A stretch of DNA of 64,000 nucleotides from Felis catus (lineage: Eukaryota), in assembly GCF_018350175.1 (NCBI RefSeq), contig NC_058368.1, positions 46,812,001 to 46,876,000 of the forward strand. Reading direction: 5' to 3'. The notes beneath the pieces were generated by a model, which was not told the origin of the DNA, made no database searches, and was given only the letters and a program-made list of their open reading frames with translations. Positions 39,867 to 53,761 of the stretch are shown one piece after another; position 1 is the first letter of the stretch; each line of letters starts with the position of its first letter. The position numbers and the translations under genes were made by a program.

Positions 39867-41852
39867 CTGAAAAAAAAAATGTTGCTATTGTGGATAAGGT
39901 ATATTGCAATATTTCGGAAAGGAATATTGAAATAGAAATACATCATGTAGGAAAAGAATTAGCAGTACTCTGCTTCTACAATTTTCAACAACCCTCAGTG
40001 TTAGTACCAGTAGAATGTATAGAAGTTTGCCAAATTACTTTCTTAAGGGAAGCAAATAGCTGGTTATTTAACTCATAATATGAATAAGTAAATACAGATT
40101 CAAGTAAATTGTTAAACCACCTCTCTGCACGTTTCGTTTCCTCTGTCTGAAATGCTCCTGCTCCTCAGGATATCCACATGGTCCATCACTTCACTTCAGT
40201 CTGATCACAACTCACCTCATCAGAGGGGTGTTTCTGGATCTTTCATCTAGCGTTAGATTTCTCACAATGGTGTATCCCCTTACCTTATTTTATTTTCATA
40301 GCACTTTCATTGTTTACATATATATACATATATTTTCTTTCTTTACTGGCCTCCCCCAATAGAATGCAAGTTCCCGGAGGGCAAGGCTATGTTTATTCGC
40401 TGCTCTATCCCCAGTGCTTAGAAGACTGTTTAGCACATATTAAAACCTCAATAAATGTGAATGAACAATATATAAAATGCCCCTGTAAATCGGTAAGAAC
40501 AAACAAGTACCCCAATTAAAAAATAAAGACACAAAGACCATGAAAGTGCCATTAAATAAGCATATGAAAATATATTACCTTCATTAGTAATGAAGAATGT
40601 AAGTTAAGTCAGTAAAAAAGATATTTCTATAGGTTGATAGCCAATATTTTACAGATGGATAATATTCTTCAATAATAAGATATGGGGAATGTAAAATATA
40701 TTTTTAAGGTCAAGTTTTTTTTTAATAGTTTATCAATATTTCTTTGATACAGAAAACCCACTTGTAGGAATTTTCCTATTGGAATATTTTATAATTCTAT
40801 ACAGATTTTTTAAATATTTGCCACATTTTTATAAAAGTGAAAAAGAAACTCTGCTGATCATATTTTGTCTATAGAGATAAAATATAGACAAAGATATAGA
40901 ACTAGATGCATAGATATGTTTTTGTACATAGAAAATGTAAACTTGCCTCTGTGATTATCTCTAGAAGGTAGAGTATATGATAATTTGCTTCCTACTTGAG
41001 GTGTTTTTGAAATGTTTGAAATTTTACAAAAATGTCTAACATTCCATAATCAGTAATAAAATCCAGAAGACATGATTATAATCCCTAAAAGAATTTGTGA
41101 ACCAATTTTCCCAACTTAGAAGTCCACTCTACAGATTGCATCAGGTTTTGTGGGGGTTGTTTTGTCTTGTTTTTGTTTGTTTTTGTATTTTTTATACACT
41201 ACTGAGTTCTATAGGCTGGTATCTCTTTCAGGTTTTTCATCTATGTTCATGAGTGAGATTACTCCACAACTTTCCCTTTTTCTTCTCCTGTGCTGGTCCA
41301 GTTTGGGTTAACACAGTTATGTGTCTCATAAAATGAGCTCCTCTTCTCCAATCATGCCCTGTGCTCTGCTCAATGTACGATCTGATCACTTGAACCCTAC
41401 TTATAAAACGTGTCATCTTTTTCATGCCTCTGTGCCTTTGTTCATGATGTCTCTGCCTGGCAGACCCTTTACGGTTTTCCTTCTTCAGTAGCTTCAAGTG
41501 ATCTTTTGAGACACTGTGAAACATCCCTTCTTGTATGAAGTCTTCTCCATCACCCCAGAGGTTCCCTTTTTTTTTTTCCTGATCCCAACTCATTCTATAA
41601 ATAACTTTTTTGCCCAAGAGCATTTATCACATTGTAGTGTAAATATTTTTCTGCATTGTTTCCTCTCTGATCTAACTGGAGACTGTTTCCCACTCAGCTT
41701 TGCATGCCTAGCCCCTAGTACAGTGATTCCTCAGAGTTTCTCAACCTCAATAGATATCATTTGAATAATGCAGATACCCAAGGACCACCTGAGAGTTTAT
41801 GAGTTAAAAGTAAAAGTTCACCACTTCCTTGCTCATCCCTTTGAATGATTAT

Positions 41853-42122
41853 TTAATTTTCCAGACTGATAAGGTCAGCGGTTACTGTGTTATAACAAAG
41901 AGTGAGGTTGGGTTTAATGTCATCTTTCTTCAGTCCTCCTATTCCTAAAGACCCAGAGAGGATTTCCTGTCCCTGCTGAGACATGTTAAAACGTCCTTCA
42001 TCCTTCAGTTCTCCCTTGTTACATTCAATCTTGCCATTTTGGCTGTTTATTCTTCTGTTTGCCCTTTTCCAAAGGCAAGAATGCTTTATGACTTTTGGTT
42101 CCCAGAACGAGTCAGTGTGCAT
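41853..42122 (-). pseudogene. Relic exon (inter-domain region)
   Basis: 89-aa ORF containing SCLWKRANRRINSQ...SGSLGIGGL, positionally matching recalled RGSL1 ILLYKRIQQSLELSQ...EDLKQGGSL. Similarity is weak. Confidence 0.4.
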
Positions 42123-43646
42123 GTCTCTACATGTCCCTCAAAAGCCAGTGCTACTTGGATCTAACCAAGAACTAACGAATATATAAGCTCGAAGTAGCAT
42201 TATGAAAATTGTCATAAGCAATAGAGGACCTGAGCAAGATCTAGCTCTTCCTATTGGATCTTTCTTCTCTTAACACTGCCATTGGTTTGTAATGGATTGT
42301 CTGTTTAGAGTTTCTGTAGGATTTGCCTCACCCTTAGCTTTAATGTTTCCACACCTCAACCTGTAAAGCAGGAATCCTAGCTTCCACCTGAACTGAAATA
42401 TAGATGTATCTGGGACCTTCAGAAGCACCTTTGTTATTTAAGTGTTTACTAAATAAGAATGAAGAATGTTACTCCTCTAAGGAAAGTGATATGGGTTATG
42501 GAGGAAAGCATGAGGTCCAACTGAATATTTTGGTTCACACAAAACCCATGGATTATCCTGTAAACCCTATGGAGAGGAGGGTCCTTGGCAGAAGAAAATG
42601 CTTTCATATGCATCTCAGACACAAAGGCAACTTAAAGCAGCTGTGCCCCGGGACACCACACAGCTTGCTCTGGGTCCCAAGGGCTGTGGAAGCAGAGCAC
42701 GTCCTGGGCACCTCTGTGTTTGTAGCATTAGGACTGCCAGGAACTGGTCCCTCCTCATCCCATAACACAGATAAGCCACACACTTACATAATCCGCTCAG
42801 TTTTATGTAGGATTTTTTTTAAAATTTACGTTTCCACTTAACATCATAAAATCTTTTTTCAAGATTTGCTGTAAGCTTTGTCTTCTCTGGGAAACTTTTC
42901 CAGAGTGCCTCTCCACTTCCACCCCAGGTAGAGTCACTGCAACTATCTTTGTTCCAAGTGCATTTTTCCGTCAAAATTAGATAATGATTTAATTGACTTG
43001 TTTATTTTTGTATACATCTTCAAAGCATTTCCAATACAAGTACCTAGCCCAGTGTCTGGTACATAATAGACTTTCATTAAGTTTGCTAACAAACTACATG
43101 AATAAATAATCATAATTATTTCAGTCACAGGATAAATATGTCTTTGTAGGCGCTACATTAATAGCTTGATGTTATTCTATCATATGGATATAACAAAGAA
43201 TTCATTAGTCTCCATTTTTGGAATACTGATTTGTATCAAATGATTATTGTCAAGAACATTGACAGGAGATATTCGTGTATAAATTGACATCTTTGTACAT
43301 TTTCTGATTGCACAATAGAAGAGGAATTACTGGATTGAAAAACGTAAATATTAATCACAACAGAATTATTTTCCCCAAAAGCCTGTATCACTTTGCACTC
43401 CTAACAGTGTATAATCTTCAGTTTCACCTCATCCCTGACAATGCGGAATTTTATATATTCAAATTGCATGTACGAGATTTTTTTACACACATACATGTTA
43501 ATCTGACCATAATTATACACACACACACATTTATATATGGTTTATAATTATACTTATATATATGTTAAGAAAAAAAGCATTATGTTATTTCAAATTTCAT
43601 TTTTGGCTGCATTATCAAGCTACCAAACTTTAAAAACTAAAGTTCA

Positions 43647-43857
43647 GGGGCGCCTGCGTGGCTCAGTCGGTTAAGCGGCCGACTTCGGCTCAGGTCATGA
43701 TCTCGCGGTCTGTGAGTTCGAGCCCCGCGTTGGGCTCTGTGCGGACAGCTCAGAGCCTGGAGCCTGTTTCAGATTCTGTGTCTCCCTCTCTCTGACCCTC
43801 CCCGTTCATGCTCTGTCTCTGTCTCAAAAATAAATAAACATTAAAAAAAAAAAAACC
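43647..43857 (+). mobile_element. Feline CAN-SINE
   Basis: TSD ctaaagttca at 43637-43646 and 43858-43867. Confidence 0.97.
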
Positions 43858-44104
43858 CTAAAGTTCATTTTCAAACATACCAATTTTGAAGGTGGCAGTA
43901 TTGAACAAAGTCATATATAAGTGTGTGTGTGTGTGTGTGTATGTGTGTGCATAAGTATAATAATAAAAATACTGTGTGTATAAGTGTGCACTTGAGGATA
44001 CTAACAAAAATACTGTGGAGTTCCTGATATGTGCAAATATGAACATTATGATTAACAAACCAGATAAGGACCAAAATACAATTAAGCTGTTTATTGAAAT
44101 CCAA

Positions 44105-44956
44105 TCAACGTGATACTTGTTTCTTTCCTACTTCTCTCCAGAATGCCAGCCAACTACGCGATACAAGTGCCCTGACTTCTGCTTCTACTAAGTGTTTAGC
44201 CTGTTTTGGTCGTATTGTAAGTTATTGTGATTTGACGGCTCTTGAGAGTTTCTGAACCATATTTTCTCCCTGCTGTTTAGAGAATCTTCTTTTTTTTTTC
44301 TTCCTATTTGATTGTCATGGAAGAAGTGCAGTGTTTCGAGGAGCAAGGCTTTTCATTTTATTTCATTTTATTTGAGTGAGTGAAAATGAAGTAACAATTT
44401 CAACATAACATTGGGCATTAGTCTTTTTCTTAAAAGCTGTGGATTGTCATTAACTGACAAAATATTCTGCTGCCAAGATCTTGCAAGTATTGTATTTGTT
44501 GTCTGATGCCAAACATCCTCTTTAAATGCTAATGAACAAAGTATGGCATGCATTCTGTTCTTGATAGATGATGCCTATACCTTCTGTGGTCAACAGAAGG
44601 GGAATTCCCGGCCCATATGATTTCCATTCTGGCACACTCATCTCCTTCGTACTTACAAGCCAGTTAGCATTTAGATGTATTACTCAATCTTATTCTTACG
44701 ACGAATGGAACAGCCACGGCTTAGCTTCACCTACCGAACCGGAGGAAGTAATGTTCTGAAGCAACTTCTCCTTGTAATTATTTATCCCCAATCAGGCAAA
44801 TACAGTAAACATTCAGTTTCACATTTAAACTTCCTTTGGCTAAATCTAGGTAGTCAAATTTCAGAAAGCCTTGAATACAATTCCAACCAGTGTGGCCTTT
44901 CCTCCACAGGCATTTTGGAGCCATCAAAGAACGTCAAAATAATGTGGTGACATGAT
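44105..44956 (-). pseudogene. Large relic exon region: end of one RGS domain plus another RGS-like domain
   Basis: Strong acceptor ctttcactgccctcctttctcccaaatctgtcaccag| at 44956. LELYSRLSEI*LPRF has TGA at 44856-44854 where W (TGG) is expected. HLKRMFGIRQQIQYLQ (44528-44481) shifts frame into WQQNILSVNDN (44475-44443). KHLVEAEVRALVSRSWLAFWREV at ~44197-44129. Confidence 0.72.
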
Positions 44957-45561
44957 CTGGTGACAGATTTGGGAGAAAGGAGGGCAGTGAAAGAATGTAA
45001 TATAAAAACAACCAGTGGGATTTTGCAATAGTCTGGGCCTTTACGGACATAGTATGAGCTGATGCATCTATTAGGAAAGGGTCTTGGGAAAATACTCACA
45101 GGCAGAGTGGTCCATAGGCTTTAGGAACAGTCTATTCTGAGTTTGACTCAGGGCTTCACCCCATATTACTATGTTGATATTTTAATTAAATTTCTTTAAA
45201 TCTCTGATTTATCAGATTTATCACCTGAAAATGGCTGTTGCATTAGGACATAAGATTCAAAATTGTTATAAAGGTTACACGAGATAATGGACTAACACTT
45301 CTAACATAGTGCCTGGCATGTGGTTTTCCTCTTGCTGTATGTGAGTTTTTCTCTTTCTGTGTAACAATTTTTTTCCCTCATTTTTTCTATGGCAGAAGTC
45401 TGGACACAGCTTAGCAGGACTTCTGTTCAGTGTCTTAACAAGGCTACAATCAAAGTATCAGGCAGGCTACACTGCTTTCTGGACTTCAGGGTCCTTATCC
45501 AAGCTCACTTGGCTGTTGGCTGAATTCAGTTCCTTGCAGTTGCAAGACTGAAGTCCCCACT

Positions 45562-45702
45562 GAGCACCTGGGTGTCTCAGTCGGTTGAGCATCCAACTTC
45601 AGCTCAGGTCATGATCTTGCAGTTCATGTGTTCAAGCCCCGTATCAGGCTCTCTCTGGTCAGCACAGAGCCCACATGGGATCCACTGTTCCCCTCTCGCT
45701 CT
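45562..45702 (+). mobile_element. Tail-less CAN-SINE next to an MLT1-like fragment (~45380-45560)
   Basis: SINE head and body end abruptly in the CT-rich region. Confidence 0.8.
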
Positions 45703-46589
45703 GGTAGAGTGACTTTTTCTTAGTAAAGAAAGTAAAGTCTTTCTGGAAGCCTGGTAGAGTGACTTTTTCTTAGTAAAATAGTATGAATATTTTCAAACGT
45801 AAAGTTGAAAGAATTATAAACAATTATATACCCATCTCCTAATTTCTGTAATTGTTGACATATTGCTTTGTTTGTTTTACTACATATCCATCGATCCACT
45901 TTGTCTTGTCTTTGATCCATTTCAAGTGTGTTGCAGACTTCAGTATACATCACTCTAAACACTCCAGTGTGGCTAGTACTAGAGTTTGGTAGAATGAATT
46001 TGAAGTTAAAGGTCAAAGCATAAGAAGTCCATTGGATAAACCTAGAAGGATAAGCTTTCCCAGGTAATTCTTTCTCACTAACTTGGTTGCCATTTATCTA
46101 ATCTAAACAATAAAAGAGAGTGGCTGTTTCGGGCATTTTATGGAGAACAAATGGAGAATTGTTCAAATACAAGTAAATATGTTCAAATAATATTAGGAAT
46201 AGGGAGAAAGATAATGTAGTAAGCCCTACTATTCATCCACTTACTCATCTAAGTTAGAACCCTGACAGTCAAATACTTCTCCCTAACTGCTTTTATCTAG
46301 TTAGTAGCCAGTCAGCCACCTTCTTTCAGTTTTCTATATACTCCCCCTCATCCCCATCTTCCCCCTTTCCATCTCCACTGATTTCTAACTCTCTCCCACT
46401 TTGCTCTTGCAGTAGCCTCACAAATTATCTCTCTGACTTAGGTAACTCCTTTCAATAAACTTTATAATGCCTCTAGAGTTATCTTTCTAAACACACATCT
46501 GGCTTTGTCACTCCTTGAAACATGTTACTTCTCTTTCGTCTGCAGGAGAAAGTCCAACATGCTAATATGGTGGACAAAATCCAGTAAAG

Positions 46590-46889
46590 ACCAGGTATTT
46601 TGTAAATGTCTTTATCAATATCCTAAATAACAGCAGAGAATATTTGTACCACCCACATTGCACTTATTGCCAACTGATTGCATCAAATATCTGTTGATCT
46701 TGATTATTTCTATTAGACGAATGCCCTGAGTTGGTCCTGAGATGTTCTAGGTCAGGCTGATGTTACCACACATCTTGGAGTGTTAATATGGAATGATAAT
46801 CTTAGATGACCAAGAGATTATAGAACTTGCTAAGACCCATATTCGGACTGAAAGTCTTTCATAATGGCCCTATACTATTTAATCCAAAG
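46590..46889 (-). pseudogene. Relic exon, RGS-like
   Basis: Acceptor acattttcatcag| at 46889. Begins LWIK*YR; later DQQIFDAISWQ*VQCGWYKY, resembling the RGS 'FD.A......L...WY' motif. Confidence 0.5.
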
Positions 46890-48312
46890 CTGATGAAAAT
46901 GTCAGTTGATCAACAAATGATAATAGGAAATTGTTCTTATTGAAATTCTGTGCCCTCCCATATATGGCAAATAGGTCTTTATAAAATACTATACATAAGA
47001 AAGGGTACTTTTTAATTAATTTTTATTAGATTTAATTCTGTATTTATACACTAGAGTGCCTTAATTAGAGACAGTATGTATTAAATTGTCACTATTAAAT
47101 AGGATTACATTTTATTTAGGTACAAGTAAATGTATTAGCTACTAATCATGTAGTAGGTCTGCTCTGCAAATTTAAAACAGATTCTGAATTTTGTATAATA
47201 TGAGAACTTGAATTAACATAGCCTGAGTGAGACATTGTTTTTGTTTTTTGAGCCAAGTGTTTTCATTTTTTGATGTTTTTTCATTTTATGAGGTTTGCAT
47301 TAATAAACTCATTTTTAACAAAGTTAACCAAATCCACTACTAGTCAAGATTATTTATAATATATCATGTACAATTCTTAGAGCATTACATTAGAAATTTT
47401 GGTCATTTGTAATGTCATTTAGATACTGGAAGTAAATTATTTAGATGTAATAGAAAAATGTGTATATGCTTCCAAAGAATCTGTTATTATAAGAGCTTTT
47501 CCATGACTCTAATTATCTTTCTTTCCTAATACACTTTACAATGAAATCCAATTTTCATAATTTCAACAGAAAAAAACACAGCACTTTATTAGTGAAATTG
47601 AAATGCATTGTATGTTCACAAATGAGAGGGAAAAACTTATAAAAATGCATGCATAATTTTTAAAAAATCAATTGATATGGATTTCTCTGACAATCAAAGG
47701 TGTAGCATGAATACTTTATTGTCTAAACTTGAAGGCGTTGCAACCACTGTTGCCAAGGACGCACCACGTTGTTATGGAAACAACATGGGTTTTAAGTCAG
47801 AAAAACCATGACCTTGCAACTATAGAATTCATAAATTTGGACAAGTTATTTACTCCTCTGAAACTGTTTCTGTATTAAAAATTGAGTCAATCATATCTAC
47901 CAGATAGGACTATTAAAAAGATTAAAGGTTCTGGTGTATCTACAATGACTCACATATACATAGGCATATAGAAGTTCCACCAAAAATACTTGTTACCCTC
48001 CCTTGGTTTCCTGTAAACAATTAAAAGGCAGAAATTATTTGTCTTCTGAAAGCACTAATGATTGGGTGGGTCCCAAGACAAGACAAACTAAAAATATGTT
48101 TAGAATTTGGTGTGTACAAAAGTCAAAATAGACTCTAGAATGTTGTTTAACACCAAGTATGACAATGTAGAGAAGTTAGAATGACAGAGACATGGGTCTC
48201 AGGCCTACACGCCCACCAGTGAAATTTGTAACTTTGAGAAGATGGTGCATTTCACAGGCTTTCAGCATTTTCAACCCTAATGTGATAAAATGAAGGTGTT
48301 GAGAACAACTTT

Positions 48313-48540
48313 TTTTTTTTTTTTAATTTTTTTTTTCAACGTTTATTTTATTTTTGGGACAGAGAGAGACAGAGCATGAATGAGGGAGGGGCAGAGAGAG
48401 AGGGAGACACAGAATCGGAAACAGGCTCCAGGCTCCGAGCCATCAGCCCAGAGCCTGACGCGGGGCTCGAACTCCCGGACCGCGAGATCGTGACCTGGCT
48501 GAAGTCGGACGCTTAACCGACTGCGCCACCCAGGCGCCCC
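48313..48540 (-). mobile_element. Young feline CAN-SINE
   Basis: TSD agaacaacttt at 48302-48312 and 48542-48552. Confidence 0.97.
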
Positions 48541-50534
48541 TAGAACAACTTTACTCTTCCTACAGTGAAAGTTAAAACTTACTTTTTCTTTTTTCTTTTC
48601 TTTTCTTTTTGTCAGAACAAAGTTCGGGAAGATCTGAGTAACTGGAAAAGTAAGATTTCTTTTCTTAAAAAAATGATAGCAGCTTATTTTCCTTTTTGTG
48701 CTTCCTCTTTCAGTAGGTTTCTTAAGACTCCAATAAGAATGAAATGATAACTTTCTTCCCCACCTCACAAATTTCCTTCTTTGCCCTTCGGGGTCTTTAG
48801 TTGGGTTCCTAATATTACAAATTGACTAAAGCGTTTCTTTTCAAAGTCCTTTCACAAAGATCACGGCAAAGCTGACATTTTCAAGACAAGTATACAAATT
48901 CTATATGTTCTTTCAATTAATTCCTCTCCCTGGTGTTGTTCCCTACAGCTGGCTGTTAATTGTGGGCCAAGTATAAGCTTTTAAGGCACAAACTCCTCCA
49001 CAGGCCCCTATATGTATATTGAATGAGTCAAAGTATTGGATGGTAATAAGTGCATTTATAAGCATTATTTCTATAGTGAAAAAAAAGGTTAATTTGAAAG
49101 TCATTCCTCCATTCAAGAAGAACAATTTTCTCTAGTCTTCTGACTATTTATAGAAAGACCTTTACATGTGCAAACTAATTAATAAATGGGATCAATTTCA
49201 AGGTATTTTTTCTGGTTCATCACCACTTAATCATTCAATTTAAAAAACATTTTAAAGGCCAAGTCTAAAATAGATTTGCACCCACGCCCCCAGTGTGAAT
49301 TTTTCATTCTTTACAACATGCAGTAGGTACTGTATAATGACCTTTTCTCTGTTTGGAACAGGGATTAGAATAATACATTTGACCCTTTACAGTCACCTGG
49401 GAGAGATGTTAGTCTCCATGTTCAATAAACTGAAATATGTCTCAAGTGTCCCAAGGTTAAGGCCATGACTTTAAACTATTTAACACAGAGTATCATACTG
49501 ATTCACTTAGACTCTCAGGCTTTTAAAAAAATTATTGGACTGAATTTTATGTACTTTATCAGAACAATTTCTTCTCTTCATACAATTAAAGCAAATATTT
49601 TACATTGCAAATAAAGCAAGTTAACCTAGATGCATTGTGCATTATAATAAAATTTATAGCTGCATAAATAGCAGTGTAAACTTACAGAAAGACTAGTAAT
49701 TATAGTGCCATTGATGGTCTTTGTTGCTTTAATTCTGAGGCAGCCAGAATGATTAAACTGAATCTTAATCGACTTCTCCATTAAAAATGCTGGCAGAGGA
49801 GCTCCTTTAACCTTTCCCATTGATTGAACACAACAATCACCATTCAATTATAATGCAAAAGGACATTTGTTATAATGTAGAAAAGATGCATGAGCCATTT
49901 CCTTTTACTCAAGACAATCAATGAGATGACTCCTACTTCTGCAAAGGTGAGAATGCTCTACCTGGGAGTCTGATAAAGTCAAAACCAAACAGAAACCTCC
50001 CCACCGTACAGAGGAGCATACTGACGAAACTAATCTGGAACAGATTCATTAAGAATAAATGTATTTTCTATTGCTATTTACAAAGGCCACATCTATCCTT
50101 GATATATTGTTTTGCTTCCTAGATTTTCAAAGTACTTAAATTACCATGATCAAAGGTTTAATGGTGAATTAATGAGGGTGGTTACTGGGCCTTTTATATG
50201 TGTTCTCAGTGCAGGCTTAACAATACAAATCAAGGCAGTACTGGTAATTGGAATACCAGAATTTTAGACTACGAAGGAACCTTCGAGATTAACTGATTTA
50301 TTTAAGGTCAGATGGCTAATTGTCACAAACCCTGCACTAGGATTCAGGTCAATCAATTACTCATACAACACTTGTTGCATTTGTCACTTCTGAAGTATCC
50401 TTCATTTTTAGTTACACTTTTTACTTGATTCTATAATTGTACGGAAAGTTCAAGTAATGTACTTACATCATGTAACCTAAAACATATGACTGACTCTGAA
50501 AATATAGTTTGTATATAGTTTCCACATATGTAAT

Positions 50535-51665
50535 AGCGGTACATTAAACATGGCGCTAGATTCTTTGCTATTCTTCCCACTGAGCAGTGGAGTATGAGTC
50601 TCGTCCCCTTGAATCTGGGCTAACTCAGTGACTTGACCAATAGAATGTGGTGGAAGTGACATCTGGAAATTCAGATGTCCTAAGAAGTATTGCAATTTTT
50701 GTCCATGCTTCTTAGAACACTTGCTCTGGGGAAGCTAATTGCCATGTAAGACCTATGAGCACCCACAGACCACTAGGTTATATAAGGAAACTGAAGTCAC
50801 TATATGGAGAGGCTGTAAGGAGAGAAAAGCCCAAACACCCCCTCTGTCTCAGCCACACCACACCAGGAATGAGACATGAGTGAAGAAGGCATCTTGGACA
50901 TCCCAGGGCCAGCAGACAGGATGTGGAGAACTAAGAAAACCAGTTGACATCCGGAATCAAGGCCTTAAGCATATGGCTTTAGTCAAATTATGACAACTGA
51001 CCAGGATGGCCTTAATGTTCCTCAACTTGACTGAATTTAGACAGGTTTCTTTCTGACTGAATGCCCCTGACCTCCCTTTTCTTAGAGCAATGACTTCAGA
51101 AAGCTTGCAGTTGTAAATTCTCCGGGTCTGCCCCTTTGAGATGTAGATCTCCCAGCCTTTTGCCAGTTTTACAGCCCAGGAATGCCTTTCTCAAGGACCA
51201 GGGAGCCATCCTTCCAGAATATAAACATCAAGAATGATACAGCCCCTATCTCCCAGTCTCTTTAGGGAAGGTAATTGCCTAACTTGGCAAATGCAGATGG
51301 CTTTATCATATTGACCAACTTCCCCTCTAATGTTCTCCAGTACTTTTACCAGCTCAGCTCAGCATTCAAAATCCCCCCCACCTTCTGTTTCAGTGGAGTT
51401 AAGCTTAATTTCTCTTCCCCATTGCAATAATCTTTAATAAAGTCTCCCTTGCCTCTCTGGCACCATTTTTCTTTGACACAGCCAATTCAGTCATTTGTTC
51501 CTCCCTATCTGAGACCCTAGTCATCAAGGATCAGGGACTGGTCATTCCTGCAGTGCCCTGCCCTAATTCCAGACCACCAGAATCATGTGCACAATAAAAT
51601 GGGTGCTGTTTTTATGCCATTAAAGTTTTTTTATATAGTTTGTTGTGGAGCAGTTGATAACTGAA
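50535..51665 (+). mobile_element. MLT1-type LTR interrupted by an ERV1 solo LTR
   Basis: ccccttgaatctgggc...gtgacttgaccaatagaatgtggtggaagtgac (MLT1 5') and ttgtggagcagttgataactgaaa (3'). Confidence 0.7.
50991..51478 (+). mobile_element. ERV1-class solo LTR (MER67-like)
   Basis: TG...CA termini, AATAAA near 51436, cttgactgaatttagacaggtttc...cttagagca motif. Confidence 0.7.
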
Positions 51666-51675
51666 AACTCTCTAT

Positions 51676-51696
51676 AGATAGATAAATGGATGGATG

Positions 51697-51727
<31 letters not shown>
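51676..51727. repeat. (GATA)n/(GGAT)n tetranucleotide repeat
   Basis: Seen directly. Confidence 0.9.
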
Positions 51728-52275
51728 CACACAAATTTATGATGTGTATAGTTATACATTGTATAGATATAGATAGTTGTATAATATATAACTATCCCAG
51801 TTCAAGATCCTCAATTTCTAGCTGCATTCAGAGGAGGATAGAAGTATGAAGTTCATGTTACTAATTTACTTTGAAGGGTGTACTAGGGCTCAGTGCATTT
51901 TGTTACTTAGGAGAACATGCACAACTCTTCACTTTAAGTACTTTGAATATGTGTCTAATCACTAAAACAAAAAGATGACTTTAGTTATAATAATTATTTT
52001 GTGTGTACTTAAACACCGTTTATATAGCCAGCCCCATATCTCCAGATTACCTCTTTTAAATGTCAGGGTAAACGTACAATGAACAGCAATTAGGATGATT
52101 GTAAAAGTAAATAAGTTTAGTCTACTGAAATAATCAAAGAACAGGGAGACATAAGGTGAACAAAAAAAAAACCCAATCTTTCCTTTGAAAAAGACCCGGA
52201 TTTGAAATGGCAATGTTTCCAAATTCAGAGCAACCAAATTTCAAATTTTTGGTTCAAAGGCTAAATCATTTTTTT

Positions 52276-52471
52276 AAAGTAAATTTTATTTATTCTGAGA
52301 GAGGCAAAGAGAGAGAAAGTGGGGGAGGGACAGACAGAGAGAGAATCCCAAGCAAGCTCGGCATTGTCAGTCAGAGACCGATGCGGGGCTCCGTCTTTCC
52401 AGACTGTGAGATCATGATCGGAGCCAAAACCAAGAGTTGGAGGCTTAGCCAACTGAGCCATCCAGGAGCCC
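52276..52471 (-). mobile_element. CAN-SINE
   Basis: TSD ctaaatcattttttt at 52261 and 52472. Confidence 0.93.
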
Positions 52472-52606
52472 CTAAATCATTTTTTTTCAAGTAATAATGA
52501 AAGTTTGAAGAAAGATTTAATTTATTAGATTGAAATATTTTATTATATTTCCAAATGAACATGTAAATTTTTGTGAAAAGAAAATATTTTTCTATGGAAG
52601 GAAAAC

Positions 52607-53761
52607 CTAGACTCTTTCAATATAACAGTTCCAGCCTGATATGGCTAGAATGACCAGTATTTTGAGAAACTTGTTACGCATGGAGTCAGTTTTAGTATTC
52701 ATGTTTGTCAACCAAGACTTTTCAGAGGGTATATCCAGAGGTCTCTTTTGTGACTGTCTATATCTTGCTTTTAATGGGAAAAAAAGTCATGATCCATAAT
52801 TTTGAGTATAAGATTAAAGTATTTCTTCTCAAGACCTTTTTGCTGAATCTGCTTGCTTTTTATTGAAAATTATAACATTTCACATATAAATCTCTAAAGT
52901 ATGGCTTTTATTGGTTTACTTATTTTTCATATACTACATATTTATATTATGCCTAATTAATAATTTTCCGGGCCATAAAAACTGCTGTTTTATTATGTTT
53001 TCTGAAAATATGTTGACTATAGAATATATGTGCCCCACATATCACTTTCAGGAAAGCAAGTATCACAAAGAGAATACCTCAAATCTGCTCTCGTGGTGGA
53101 CCACAGCTCCAAAATGGTGAGGGATGTGTTTGTAGCAGGAATAGCTTAGCTGGAACACACTGGACAGATTAGGTACTTCATCAGACTCAGGGTGACTTTA
53201 GAACCACTCAAGGCAGGCTCTGGGCACAGGGACTTCATGGCAGTTCTGTGTTGAGTGGGAGGTGAACTGATAAATTACTTTCTGTGGGCTGAAAGATTTG
53301 CCCCCAAGCTTAGGAAACAGAGCAAGCTTTGTCTGGTGTAATAAGTTCTGATTGTATCATTCATGGAGCAGAAAACTTTGATGGGTGATTGCCCCAAGAA
53401 TTAAAGCCCTTCCAAAGTCAACCTTCTTGCATCACTTTTCCACTGATAATGTCTGTGAAGATACAGATGGGCCATTTAGTGACAGGGTTGTGCCTTTGGC
53501 TTCCCACTATTACTTAGTTTTATGATATATCCTAGAGTTTGTACATTCTGGTTACGCTGACTCAACATGTGCCTTTATGCTGATAGAATGACAGTTGTAA
53601 TAGTGGATGGGATTTAGATTAGGCTTTTAAAAAACCCTTCTGATTATTACATGAAAAGATTGTTTTAAAAATACATTGAAATCTCTTTCTCTGAAGGGTT
53701 TCGTCTAGGTTAATTCTTTCCTGAAGGAGTTTAAGCGACTCCGAGATCAAATATTTCATCA
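52607..53761 (-). pseudogene. Large relic exon (linker plus degenerate RGS-like domain)
   Basis: Weak acceptor tttatttgcctgtgcaaag| at 53761. Frameshifted segments ILAFLKVICGAHIF/HIFRKHNKTAVF, then RYRQSQKRPLDIPSEK...KFLKILVILAISGWNCYIE. Confidence 0.45.

Noticed and set aside
42404..42841. 145-aa plus-strand ORF
   Set aside because: No recognisable homology and it starts in an L2-like tail; probably chance.
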